From assembly GCA_964505815.1 (NCBI GenBank), contig CAZDKA010000002.1, positions 1-45,591 on the forward strand: a stretch of DNA of 45,591 nt, written 5' to 3'. Of the stretch, positions 7,990-16,668 are shown piece after piece. The stretch comes from an uncultured Candidatus Saccharibacteria bacterium (GTDB lineage: Bacteria > Patescibacteriota > Minisyncoccia > Sungbacterales > SURF-37). Below the pieces are notes generated by a model. It saw nothing but the letters and a program-made list of their open reading frames with translations, was not told the origin of the DNA and searched no databases. Position numbers and translations under genes: made by a program. How positions within the stretch are numbered: position 1 is the stretch's first letter; each line of letters begins with the position of its first letter.

Positions 7990-8469
7990 ATGGCCTACAG
8001 CGACAAAGTGATTGATCACTATAACAATCCACGCAACGTCGGGTCGTTTCCGAAAGATGAGAAAGGTGTGGGCACCGGGCTTGTCGGCGCGCCGGAGTGC
8101 GGAGATGTGATGAAACTGCAAATTAAAGTAATGCTCGAGCATGAGTGCGCAAAGTGTCACCACGTCTGGTATCCAGAACGCCAGGAGCCGATCTGCCCGA
8201 TGTGCCACTGGGCAAACATCAACATCAAACAAGTTATTCAGGACGCGAAATTCAAAACATTTGGCTGCGGCTCGGCCATTGCTTCCTCGTCGCTCGCCAC
8301 CGAATGGCTAAAAGGCAAAACTATTGAGGAGGCGGCAAAAATCAAAAACACCGACATCGTAAATGAGTTAAAGTTGCCGCCGGTAAAAATCCACTGCTCG
8401 GTTTTGGCAGAGGACGCGATTAAGGCCGCGATTAAAGATTATCAAACCAAACAGGGAGGAGAGCAATGA
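7990..8469 (+). CDS. iscU: Fe-S cluster scaffold IscU/NifU-like, with a ~30-aa Cys4 insertion
   Basis: GGAGGTG then ATG at 7990. MAYSDKVIDHYNNPRNVGSF, GAPECGDVMKLQIKV, FKTFGCGSAIASSS, PPVKIHCSVLAEDAIKAAI are near-canonical IscU. An extra segment LEHECAKCHHVWYPERQEPICPMCHWANINIK follows KLQIKV. Confidence 0.85.
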   Translation: MAYSDKVIDHYNNPRNVGSFPKDEKGVGTGLVGAPECGDVMKLQIKVMLEHECAKCHHVWYPERQEPICPMCHWANINIKQVIQDAKFKTFGCGSAIASSSLATEWLKGKTIEEAAKIKNTDIVNELKLPPVKIHCSVLAEDAIKAAIKDYQTKQGGEQ

Positions 8470-8810
8470 CTATTGAACTCACCGAAGCAGCGCGGCAAAA
8501 AATTAAAGAAATTATTGAGGCCGATTGGCACGATAAACTGGTCTATCTCAAAATGGCAGTAAAAGGCGGAGGGTGCTCGGGCCTTTCTTATGCGCTTGAG
8601 TTAAGGGATGCCGAAAAAGACCCGATCGACGAAAAGCACGACAAAGAGTTTGAGATTGGTGGCATCCGTGTCGTTATTGACAAGAAAAGCTATCTCTATC
8701 TTGCGGGCACAACTCTTGACTATGTAACTCAGGGGCTGGCGGGAGGATTCACTTTTGTAAACCCCAACGCCAAATCATCCTGCGGCTGCGGCACTTCATT
8801 TTCGGTATAG
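8466..8810 (+). CDS. iscA: A-type Fe-S carrier (IscA/SufA/ErpA family)
   Basis: ATGA overlap with iscU. KGGGCSGLSY and C-terminal SSCGCGTSF match the A-type carrier Cys pattern. Confidence 0.85.
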   Translation: MTIELTEAARQKIKEIIEADWHDKLVYLKMAVKGGGCSGLSYALELRDAEKDPIDEKHDKEFEIGGIRVVIDKKSYLYLAGTTLDYVTQGLAGGFTFVNPNAKSSCGCGTSFSV

Positions 8811-8836
8811 AAGCAACGTGAGGGAAAGGGGGCAGT

Positions 8837-9172
8837 ATGAACTTTACGCTAACGCCTGATGCTGTGGCCTATATCAATCAAGCCCAAAAACAAATGGGGA
8901 GGGTCGAACCGTATCTCCGGATCGGCATCAAGGGACAGGGCTGCTGCAGCCCGATGTACGCGCTTCATTTCACTGACACAAAGCAGGATAATGACGGGGT
9001 CTTTCCGTATGAAGGATTTTCGGTAGTGATTGATAACAAACTCGAGAAGGAACTAAATAATGCTGAGATGACTACGGTGAAAATCGGCATTGAGACGCGT
9101 CTCAAAATCAACAACCCAAATTTTGCCAGGTGCTCGTGTCATTCCCAGCCATCTAGTCAGGAGGAAAAATAA
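8837..9172 (+). CDS. Divergent HesB/IscA-like protein
   Basis: GGGGGCAG before the ATG. IKGQGCCSPMYAL and a C-terminal CSC, same length class as the A-type carrier upstream. Confidence 0.55.
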   Translation: MNFTLTPDAVAYINQAQKQMGRVEPYLRIGIKGQGCCSPMYALHFTDTKQDNDGVFPYEGFSVVIDNKLEKELNNAEMTTVKIGIETRLKINNPNFARCSCHSQPSSQEEK

Positions 9173-9173
9173 A

Positions 9174-9446
9174 ATGAGCTGGTTCATGGAGCGTCCGATT
9201 CTCTCGGCGATTGCGCTCATCCTGCTCATCGCCATTCTCTCAAATACGCCCCTGGCCATTATCTGGCTTGCAACCGAAAAAAGTAAAGCCGCCGACATGA
9301 CCATCTGGCATTATGTCGGCGCTGGCGGCGCAATGTTTATTCTCATTCCGGTAGGAATTGTCATAGTACCTTTTGCGGCTCTTTACGTTGCGGGGTACTC
9401 CCTTTTCGGTCCCGCCGAAGAAGAGAGTAATATCATTAAAAGCTAA
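9174..9446 (+). CDS. Small two-helix membrane protein
   Basis: ATG at 9174, right after the stop of the previous gene and internal to the 9090..9446 ORF. Hydrophobic segments ILSAIALILLIAIL and GAMFILIPVGIVIVPFAALYVAGY. Confidence 0.5.
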   Translation: MSWFMERPILSAIALILLIAILSNTPLAIIWLATEKSKAADMTIWHYVGAGGAMFILIPVGIVIVPFAALYVAGYSLFGPAEEESNIIKS

Positions 9447-9530
9447 ACCAGGAGAATCAGTGCTCCTCGCCCATTTCAGACGGCTACGGCCAGTCACTCT
9501 CGGCCTAGCCACAACATTTCTGTTCAACCA

Positions 9531-9555
9531 AAAACGGCTATCCATGCCGTTTTTT
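9531..9555 (+). terminator. Rho-independent terminator of the isc-like operon
   Basis: AAAACGGC-tatccat-GCCGTTTTTT. Confidence 0.6.
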
Positions 9556-9560
9556 CCTAC

Positions 9561-9602
9561 AAAATACGTTTTAATATGCTATAGCATATTAAAACGTATT
9601 TT
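9561..9602. repeat. Palindrome family C, copy 1 (42-bp perfect palindrome)
   Basis: AAAATACGTTTTAATATGCTA|TAGCATATTAAAACGTATTTT checked base by base. Shares the AAAATACGTTTTA arm with 21527-21570. Confidence 0.9.
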
Positions 9603-9623
9603 AATCTCTTTTAAAAAAAGACT

Positions 9624-10181
9624 TCACTCTTCTCGTTTTTCTATGAATTTTGCCGTTGCCCGCCGCAGTAACCACGCTGTCCCAATCCCGACAAGTGCGC
9701 CGCCAAGGATATCGCTCGGCCAGTGAACGCCAGCGACAACCCTGCTCATCCCGATGAATAATGCCGCGGCAAAGAATAAAATGCTTGTTTTCGGATAATA
9801 AAAAGCGACTGCTGAGGCAACCGCGAAGGCAAGCGAGGCGTGCCCCGACGGAAAAGAGCCGCCGCCATTATGACTCACAAGCTGCCTGACGCCATCCAAA
9901 ACCTCAAACGGCCGCGGCCGGTTATAAAAAAATCGTATGATTTCTGTAATGACGTAGCGCGCGGTGAATGCCGAGATAAAAGCAAAAATAAACAAATCGG
10001 TATTCTGTTTTCTGTACCGACGAAATCGTAAAAATACCGTTCCGGCAATAAATATCGCCACTGCAGTCATCACCAGGTACCAAAGATATATCGCCCGAAA
10101 GACAATCGCCCAATCAAAAAATGGCGAAACTCCGGCCCAGGAGTTGAGCCAACGAAAAATTGCGACATCTATGCTACTCAT
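9624..10181 (-). CDS. PAP2-family lipid phosphatase (undecaprenyl-diphosphatase/PgpB-like)
   Basis: PAP2 motifs YNRPRP, PSGH, SRVVAGVHWPSD. ATG at 10181 overlaps the folD stop (GATGAGTAG). Confidence 0.8.
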   Translation of the reverse strand: MSSIDVAIFRWLNSWAGVSPFFDWAIVFRAIYLWYLVMTAVAIFIAGTVFLRFRRYRKQNTDLFIFAFISAFTARYVITEIIRFFYNRPRPFEVLDGVRQLVSHNGGGSFPSGHASLAFAVASAVAFYYPKTSILFFAAALFIGMSRVVAGVHWPSDILGGALVGIGTAWLLRRATAKFIEKREE

Positions 10182-11010
10182 CTTTCTTTCTTGTCCCAAG
10201 CGTAATTAAATTTTTTAAAAGTATCGCAACCGTGAGCGGCCCCACGCCGCCTGGAACCGGTGTAAGGTAGTCCGCTTTTTTGCTGACCGAATCAAAATCA
10301 ACATCCCCGACAATTTTGCCCTCGGATTCCGAAGTTCCGGCATCAATAACTATTGCTCCGTCTTTAATCATATCGCCGCTAATCAACTTCGGCTTTCCCG
10401 CACCGGAAACGATAATATCGGCCGCGCGGGTAAACACTCCGAAATCTTTCGTATATTCATTTACTGCACTTACCAGAGCACCTTCATTCATAAGCCAGAG
10501 AGCTGTCGGCTTGCCGACCAGGCGCCCCGCGCCGACCACCACCGCGTATTTTCCTTTGATTTCAATCCCATATTCATCAAAAAATGCTTTGATCGCCCCA
10601 ACCACCGGCGGCAAAATTTCCGATTTACCCACGTAAAAATTCCCCAGCGCTCGGGCTGACAATACATCAACATCTTTTTCTGGCGGGATGGCGTTCAAAA
10701 TGTATTGGGTATTGATATGCGCCGGCAAAGGAAGCTGGATAATGACTCCGATGTTGTTTTTCTCATGCACTATTTCGGCAATGCGCTTTCTTAATTCGTT
10801 GGTTGTAATACTCGGCTCAAACGCATACACTCGCACCTCAACTCCGATTGATTCGGCGGCTTTCTTTTTCTGTTCAATGAATTTTTGCGTTGCCGGGTCT
10901 TTCCCAACCACCACAGCCGCAAGACGCAACGCTTTCTTTGTGTCGGTAATTTTTGCCTTTAATTCGTTTAGTATTTTTTCCGAAATTTTTTTCCCGTCAA
11001 GCAATATCAT
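10174..11010 (-). CDS. folD: Bifunctional methylenetetrahydrofolate dehydrogenase/cyclohydrolase
   Basis: Start taken at MILLDGKKISEKIL (ATG 11010). VGKDPATQKFI, IIQLPLP, PVPGGVGPLTVAILL are typical FolD. The upstream in-frame 97 codons of the track ORF are built from palindromic repeats. Confidence 0.9.
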   Translation of the reverse strand: MILLDGKKISEKILNELKAKITDTKKALRLAAVVVGKDPATQKFIEQKKKAAESIGVEVRVYAFEPSITTNELRKRIAEIVHEKNNIGVIIQLPLPAHINTQYILNAIPPEKDVDVLSARALGNFYVGKSEILPPVVGAIKAFFDEYGIEIKGKYAVVVGAGRLVGKPTALWLMNEGALVSAVNEYTKDFGVFTRAADIIVSGAGKPKLISGDMIKDGAIVIDAGTSESEGKIVGDVDFDSVSKKADYLTPVPGGVGPLTVAILLKNLITLGTRKKDE

Positions 11011-11055
11011 ACCCAGAGCATAACCCAGAAAATGCCAGAAACAAAGCAGAATAAA

Positions 11056-11097
11056 AATGTTCCATATAGCAAGCGGCCGCTTGCCATATGGAACATT
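11056..11097. repeat. 42-bp near-perfect palindrome (single copy in window)
   Basis: AATGTTCCATATAGCAAGCGG|CCGCTTGCCATATGGAACATT, one mismatch, 46 nt upstream of the folD ATG. Confidence 0.85.
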
Positions 11098-11206
11098 GCT
11101 GTAACCCATGAAAAACAAAAAAGGAAGCGCGATGGCTTCCTTCATTCCTCTTGTAGTTATTGACGGCATGCCGAATTGGACCCATTCAACCAACCGGTAA
11201 CTATTG

Positions 11207-11236
11207 TAAAAACTTACGCGATCGCGTAAGTTTTTA
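11207..11236. repeat. Palindrome family B, copy 1 (30-bp perfect palindrome)
   Basis: TAAAAACTTACGCGA|TCGCGTAAGTTTTTA. Same core as 42183-42210 and 42969-42994. Confidence 0.9.
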
Positions 11237-11254
11237 TAATCCAGATTACGGAAG

Positions 11255-11289
11255 AATAAAATAAAAAATAGGAGGCGCGATGGCCTCCT
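11255..11289 (-). terminator. Rho-independent terminator after the 106-aa gene
   Basis: AGGAGGC-gcgatg-GCCTCCT (11270-11289), followed on the minus strand by a T-rich run. Confidence 0.6.
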
Positions 11290-11310
11290 CGAGATTAGCA
11301 ATGAATCTAC

Positions 11311-11631
11311 TCATTCAGGGCAATAGAGTCTCGTTTCAACGCCGTCAAACATTCCCTCGCCCTTTGCTACCAGATACCCGTCCTTTGCAAAGTAGACCTT
11401 CCACTCACCCTTGCTGATCTTTTCAAACCGGGCCTCTCCGTTTACTGGCTTTCTTGTTAGCAGTCCCTCGTGCACACTCCGAATCACCACATGCTCGATT
11501 TTCTCAGCCGGATTTACACATACAACCAACGTGGTGGGCACGAAGAACCTATCGTAAATCAACAGGCCAACGATGCCAATAAGAACTGCTGACAAAACAA
11601 CTGCCAATCCTACTCGCGTCTTTCTAGACAC
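11311..11631 (-). CDS. Small membrane-anchored protein, unknown function
   Basis: N-terminal TM helix VGLAVVLSAVLIGIVGLLIY. Sits directly after glyA in the same orientation. Confidence 0.5.
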   Translation of the reverse strand: MSRKTRVGLAVVLSAVLIGIVGLLIYDRFFVPTTLVVCVNPAEKIEHVVIRSVHEGLLTRKPVNGEARFEKISKGEWKVYFAKDGYLVAKGEGMFDGVETRLYCPE

Positions 11632-11641
11632 GGAGTCCTCC

Positions 11642-12910
11642 TTATACTTGTATTGGAAACTCTTTACAAAGAGCTTTGACTTTTTTAAGTATAGAGCGGG
11701 ATTTATTTCCTGTCAAGGCCTCGTAGATCAACCGAGCAATTACCCTCATCTCTTTTTCTTTCATCCCACGCGTAGTTAAGGCCGGAGTGCCGAGGCGGAT
11801 GCCCGAAGGATCAAAGGGCGAGCGGGTGTCATAGGGAATGGTGTTGCGGTTAACAATAATGCCTACTGCCTCAAGACGGTTCTGGGCCTCTTTACCGGAT
11901 ATGCCGAGATTCGTAAGGTCAATGAGCATCAAGTGGTTGTCGGTCCCGTCAGAAATGAGCTTTAGCTCGAGACGCTGTAATTCTCTTGCAAGGGCTTTGG
12001 CGTTCTTTACGATTTGCCTGCCGTATCGCTTAAACGATGGCCTCATGGCCTCAGCAAGCGAGGCGGCAATTGCCGCGGTCTGATGGTCGTGCGGTCCGCC
12101 CTGCAAGGCCGGGAAAACCGCCTTGTCAATGGCCGAGGCAATATCAATCAAATTCTTTTTCGCGACCGCTGATTTACGGTTTGCAAAAATAATCGCTCCC
12201 CGCGGTCCTCGGAGAGTTTTGTGCGTGGTCGTGGTTACTACGTCGGCATAGGGGAACGGCGACGGATGGGCTCCGGCGGCGATAAGTCCGGCGATGTGCG
12301 CGATGTCGGCCATCAAGTAAGCGCCGACGTCTTTGGCGATTATGTGAAAACGCTTGAAATCAATGATGCGCGGATAAGCGGTTGCCCCGCAAACAATAAT
12401 TTTCGGTTTTTCTTTTTTGGCAAGCTTACAAACCTCGCCGTAGTCAATTAAGCCGTCGCGGCCCACAGCGTACTGAGCCGCCCCGTAGAACCTGCCGGAA
12501 AAATTTACTTTCCAGCCGTGAGTAAGATGGCCGCCGAACGGCAGCGACATGCCCATGATTTTTTCTCCGGGCTCGAGCAACGCATAGTAGACGGCCATGT
12601 TAGCCGGCGACCCTGAATAGGGCTGGACATTGACGTGCCAATGCTTGCCAAGTTTAAAAACTTTGCGTGCTCGCTCCTGCGCTAATAGCTCAATCTCGTC
12701 AATAATTTTATTACCGGCGTAATACCTTTTGCCCGGATAGCCCTCGGAATATTTGTTGGTTAGGGGCGATTCAAGCGCCTCAAGCACCGCGGGCGAGACG
12801 ATATTTTCCGACGGAATCAAATTAAGCGTTCTCTGCTGACGCCCTGTTTCTTCTTCAATTAATCGCGCGAGTGCCGAATCGCTTTTTTCGAGATTTGAGT
12901 ATCCGCTCAT
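11642..12910 (-). CDS. glyA: Serine hydroxymethyltransferase
   Basis: LIPSENIVSP, YSEGYPGKRYY, PLP-lysine motif TTTTHKTLRGPRG. Confidence 0.95.
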   Translation of the reverse strand: MSGYSNLEKSDSALARLIEEETGRQQRTLNLIPSENIVSPAVLEALESPLTNKYSEGYPGKRYYAGNKIIDEIELLAQERARKVFKLGKHWHVNVQPYSGSPANMAVYYALLEPGEKIMGMSLPFGGHLTHGWKVNFSGRFYGAAQYAVGRDGLIDYGEVCKLAKKEKPKIIVCGATAYPRIIDFKRFHIIAKDVGAYLMADIAHIAGLIAAGAHPSPFPYADVVTTTTHKTLRGPRGAIIFANRKSAVAKKNLIDIASAIDKAVFPALQGGPHDHQTAAIAASLAEAMRPSFKRYGRQIVKNAKALARELQRLELKLISDGTDNHLMLIDLTNLGISGKEAQNRLEAVGIIVNRNTIPYDTRSPFDPSGIRLGTPALTTRGMKEKEMRVIARLIYEALTGNKSRSILKKVKALCKEFPIQV

Positions 12911-12955
12911 GCGAGTTTCTTCCTCTAAGGATTTTAAAGTGTCACTGAGGAGGGC

Positions 12956-13642
12956 CTACCCTGTTCTCACTTCCCAATCTTTATGCATTTGCGGAATCAT
13001 CATTTGCGGATGCCACGATTTTTTGACTTCTTCGATTTCTTGGGAGAGCTGGTATTTTCCGCCCTCGCCAACATAGTCAGACGCATTTTTTAACGGCTCA
13101 ACCTGATAAAATACCATCTGCCCGATGCGGCGTCCCACCACGAGCGGGATCGTGAAGTATTGAGAATTATTCGTCACCTCCATGGTCCAACGGTTGAAAT
13201 AGCCAATATCGCCCCAGCCGGCGTCTTTGCACACTTCAACAAAATTTCTGCCGAGCGAGGAGCGGGCGTATAACTTGCTGACCACTCGATGCCGGCCGCC
13301 AATAAATTCCGTGGTATGAGCGAGGACCGTCTCGCCCGGCCGGAGCAAAATCACCTTTTCTTCCGGCTTGATGTTCTTGAGGGAAACTCCTGTCCGCACT
13401 ATTACCTCTTCGGCGGGTTCGGCCTGATACGGCCCTGACCAAACGCGTTTGGTGGATTCCTCGTCGTAGAGATTATGCAGCGTTGCCCCACCGTCGGGAT
13501 GCTTTTCCTTCCAATACCAATCGCCGAGCGTTACATCGTAGCTCGTGGTCTTGAGTTTCCGCTCATCAAAAGGATCAATGACGATTGTCCCTTCTTTGAG
13601 GTGCCTGACAATAGCGTCGCGGGAGAGAAGCATAATGCTCAC
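12956..13642 (-). CDS. dcd: dCTP deaminase family protein (long form, 228 aa)
   Basis: N-terminus MLLSRDAIVRHLKEGTIVIDPFDERKLKTTSYDVTLG is typical of the Dcd/dUTPase-fold family. Confidence 0.75.
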   Translation of the reverse strand: MSIMLLSRDAIVRHLKEGTIVIDPFDERKLKTTSYDVTLGDWYWKEKHPDGGATLHNLYDEESTKRVWSGPYQAEPAEEVIVRTGVSLKNIKPEEKVILLRPGETVLAHTTEFIGGRHRVVSKLYARSSLGRNFVEVCKDAGWGDIGYFNRWTMEVTNNSQYFTIPLVVGRRIGQMVFYQVEPLKNASDYVGEGGKYQLSQEIEEVKKSWHPQMMIPQMHKDWEVRTG

Positions 13643-13832
13643 ATATTAACTGATGTGAAACCACGGACGCAATACCCAGAATTTGAAAAGGCCGCGCAGG
13701 CGGAAAAAAGAATGTTAACACTTTATCGACGATCGTCTACAAATTGTTAACAATCAAGATCGCTATAGAATAGGGCCATTTTAGTAATCCGTGCTATCTC
13801 CACTCCAAAAGCCAATCAAGTTCTTGCGGACG

Positions 13833-13859
13833 AATATAAAACCGCCTCATGCGAGGCGG
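13833..13859 (-). terminator. Rho-independent terminator after tsaC
   Basis: CCGCCTC-atgc-GAGGCGG (13842-13859), followed on the minus strand by TTTTAT. Confidence 0.6.
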
Positions 13860-13941
13860 CCGTCGCGGATAACGACGATGTTCACGATTTCTATAATTGC
13901 GAACCTCCCTCTCTCGACAATCAAAGAGCACCGAAAGCCTA

Positions 13942-14574
13942 TCAACGGCCCAGCGCCTCGTCAAGTTCTTTTTTGGTTATGATGCCGACTCGTAAAATAG
14001 CCGGTTCGTTTCGTGTGAAATCAATTACTGTGGAAGCCCTCTGGGGGAGCTCGCCGAAATCAATTACCAAGTCAACAAGTTTTGACTTCTGCAACTCCAC
14101 GCTATCCATTTCCTCAACCGAGCGAATTGGAACCCTGCCAGAAATATTGGCCGAGCTTTGGGCAAGCGGAAAATCAAGACGGTTTAGAAGTTGGAGCAAG
14201 AATTGATGGTCGGGAATGCGAATAGCAATGGTTTGCAATCCGCCAGTCAGTACGGGTGGCAACTTTTCTTTATGCTGAAAAACTACAGTCACCGCGCCCG
14301 GCCACACTTTTTCAAGAAATTTGGCTTTGCGGTCGTCAATATAGGCAAGTTTCCGGGCTGCGGCGATGTCCTTCACAAAAATCGGCAGGGCTTTTTCCGG
14401 GGCGCGTTTTTTAATATCAAATATTTTTTTGACCGCTTTCTCGTCAGTCGCGTCAGCATAAAGGCCGTAGACGGTATCCGACGGCCCAATGATTACCGCA
14501 CCGTTTTTTAAAATCCTCTCGGCCAACGAGAGGGTTTTTTCTTTTGATTCTTCAGTTAGTTTGACAATTTTCAT
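13942..14574 (-). CDS. tsaC: L-threonylcarbamoyladenylate synthase (YrdC/Sua5 family)
   Basis: IIGPSDTVYGLYADATDEKAVKKIFDIKKR, AIRIPDH, SSANISG. Confidence 0.85.
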   Translation of the reverse strand: MKIVKLTEESKEKTLSLAERILKNGAVIIGPSDTVYGLYADATDEKAVKKIFDIKKRAPEKALPIFVKDIAAARKLAYIDDRKAKFLEKVWPGAVTVVFQHKEKLPPVLTGGLQTIAIRIPDHQFLLQLLNRLDFPLAQSSANISGRVPIRSVEEMDSVELQKSKLVDLVIDFGELPQRASTVIDFTRNEPAILRVGIITKKELDEALGR

Positions 14575-14625
14575 TACTCTGTATAGAGTACTAGCAATAA
14601 ATCTGTTCCTTCACAAGGGGGCGGC

Positions 14626-15540
14626 GTGGAAAATCTTGAATCAAAAATTGACTTCATCCGCGAGCTGGTCCGTTTCGGAGAATCCTCGCTCGGTCTCGAT
14701 TTCGGCGAAAGTTTCAGGCATTTTGCGCCGGATCGTCCGTCACCGCACTGGCTTTACGTCTCTTCCGGGTGGAACATCGGAAGCATTGTGCGTGATGAAT
14801 ACGGAGAACCCTTTATCAAGGCTATACCCTTCGTCAAGGCTCTAGAAAACCGCGAAAAGATAGAGGCGCTCTCGGTCATTCAGAAAAGTTTCGGAATACT
14901 TGGTTTTGACACCTACCTCTATGTCGCCGAGGCCTGGGGTGGTGCGCCTTGCCCCATACTCCCGATTCTCCTTGAACAGCCAAGAATCCGCCAGGCCTAT
15001 GTGGTGCTTCACGAAGGCCTGCATATCACCCGTTGGACCCGTAAGGCAAAACCACCTTACGAAATCGAAGAACCGGCGGCCATTGCCATTGCTGATAGTG
15101 GCATACTAGAGTTTGCCGAACGCACAGGAGATAAATCGCTCTTTCGCGACCTTTTGCTTCTTCGGGTCTTCCGCAAAAAATTCGAGCAGGCGGTAAAGAA
15201 AGCCACACTGGTGCTTGAAGAAAAATACAAGGAGATTATCGAGAGGCCAGAAGAAGAGAAAAGATTGGAGCGCGAAAAACTTTTCAGCGTGATTCGCGCC
15301 GATCCCATCTGGCAAGACGCGGAAGAAGCATGCGTAACCGTAAAAGGCCTTAACCGTACTCAGGAGATTAACAACGCCTTTTTCCTTCGTTACGGGACAT
15401 ACTATACCCATCTCTCCCTCATAGAAGCGGCCGTAAAACGATTCCCTGCCGTCCGGGAAGCGGTTGACTTTTTTATTTCGCTTCCCCAAGAACTCGATGA
15501 TGCCCTCGAGCAACTCAGACACAAAGCAGAAATGAACTAA
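14626..15540 (+). CDS. Predicted HExxH zinc peptidase (aminopeptidase-like), GTG start
   Basis: VVLHEGLHITRW contains HExxH. No other family motif recognised by eye. Confidence 0.5.
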   Translation: MENLESKIDFIRELVRFGESSLGLDFGESFRHFAPDRPSPHWLYVSSGWNIGSIVRDEYGEPFIKAIPFVKALENREKIEALSVIQKSFGILGFDTYLYVAEAWGGAPCPILPILLEQPRIRQAYVVLHEGLHITRWTRKAKPPYEIEEPAAIAIADSGILEFAERTGDKSLFRDLLLLRVFRKKFEQAVKKATLVLEEKYKEIIERPEEEKRLEREKLFSVIRADPIWQDAEEACVTVKGLNRTQEINNAFFLRYGTYYTHLSLIEAAVKRFPAVREAVDFFISLPQELDDALEQLRHKAEMN

Positions 15541-15560
15541 GAGCCGCAACGGCTCTTTTT
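15541..15560 (+). terminator. Rho-independent terminator
   Basis: GAGCCG-caa-CGGCTC followed by TTTTT. Confidence 0.65.
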
Positions 15561-15626
15561 AAATTCAAATGTTCGGTATTTCAAGCGGTCGCTTAAAATC
15601 GTGAACATTTCAATTGTATGCAATCT

Positions 15627-16583
15627 TTATAATAGCGACACTAATACTTCGGCAAGACGCTCCGGGTCGTGGCGGACGAATCCCCTTCTGCGCAGAAAAT
15701 CTCCGAAAATTGGCGTCGGTTTTTGGGGAAGCTCCACGAACTCAACAAACTCTGCGGATTCTTTTTCGTAATAACGAAGCCGCTCCGGCGAGGGGTGCTT
15801 AGTGTTGATCACCGCGTAATCAAGTGTGCCCTTGCCTAGGTATTTTCCAACAGCGGCAATAAAATCAGGCGCGGCAAAACCGTTGGTCTCGCCGGATTTC
15901 GTCATAATATTTACGACATACGCTTTCGTCGCTTTAGTGCGCCGGAGTGCCTCGGCAATTCCGGAAACCAGCAGGTTCGGAATAATGCTTGTGTAAAGAT
16001 CACCAGGGCCTATTACCACCAAATCGGCCGCCTTTATTGCCTCAAGGGCTCTTTCATTTGCTCGCGCCTCGGGCCTAAGAAAAACTTCAGCGATTTTCAG
16101 CCGCGGGTCGTGCTTTGGTATGTCAATATTTGTTTCTCCGCGAATTACCGAGCCGTCTTCAAGTTTGGCTATCAACTGCACGTTTGAGAGCGTTACCGGA
16201 ATAACCCTGCCGCCGGCACCCAGAATTCTTCCGGCCTCTTCAACCGCTGATTCAAAACTGCCGGTGATACGCTCAAGGGCAGTAAGCATTATGTTTCCGA
16301 AGCTATGACCTTTAAGTCCGCCCTCTTCAAATCGGTAACTGAAAAGGTCGGCAAGAAGCCGGTCGCCCGACGAGGAGAGCGCAACCAGCACCCTTCGCAC
16401 GTCCCCGGGCGGAAGTATTCCGAACTCTTCGCGGAGCACGCCGGTTGAGCCGCCGTCATCGGCCATTGAAATAACCGCCGACAATTCCAGCGGATAGCGC
16501 TTTAGACCGGAAAGAACCGTAAACACTCCGGTTCCGCCGCCAATGACGACAACTTTTGCAATTCTTTTACGCTCCAGCTTCAC
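15627..16583 (-). CDS. yvcK: YvcK/CofD-like gluconeogenesis factor (UPF0052), GTG start
   Basis: VVIGGGTGVFTVLSGLK, MADDGGSTGVLR, GPGDLYTSIIPNLL. Confidence 0.85.
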   Translation of the reverse strand: MKLERKRIAKVVVIGGGTGVFTVLSGLKRYPLELSAVISMADDGGSTGVLREEFGILPPGDVRRVLVALSSSGDRLLADLFSYRFEEGGLKGHSFGNIMLTALERITGSFESAVEEAGRILGAGGRVIPVTLSNVQLIAKLEDGSVIRGETNIDIPKHDPRLKIAEVFLRPEARANERALEAIKAADLVVIGPGDLYTSIIPNLLVSGIAEALRRTKATKAYVVNIMTKSGETNGFAAPDFIAAVGKYLGKGTLDYAVINTKHPSPERLRYYEKESAEFVEFVELPQKPTPIFGDFLRRRGFVRHDPERLAEVLVSLL

Positions 16584-16668
16584 TGCTTTATTCTACCCTT
16601 TTCTATCCAGCGAGGTTATGTTATACAACAACAAAGCGCTTTTTGCTCTTTTACAGAAGGAGAAGGAA

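Noticed and set aside
11011-11301. 97-codon in-frame N-terminal extension of folD with two hydrophobic segments
   Set aside because: A terminator (11255-11289) and two long palindromes (11056-11097, 11207-11236) lie inside it. No ribosome-binding site precedes the candidate starts. Canonical FolD begins at MILLDGKK. The open frame is most likely fortuitous.
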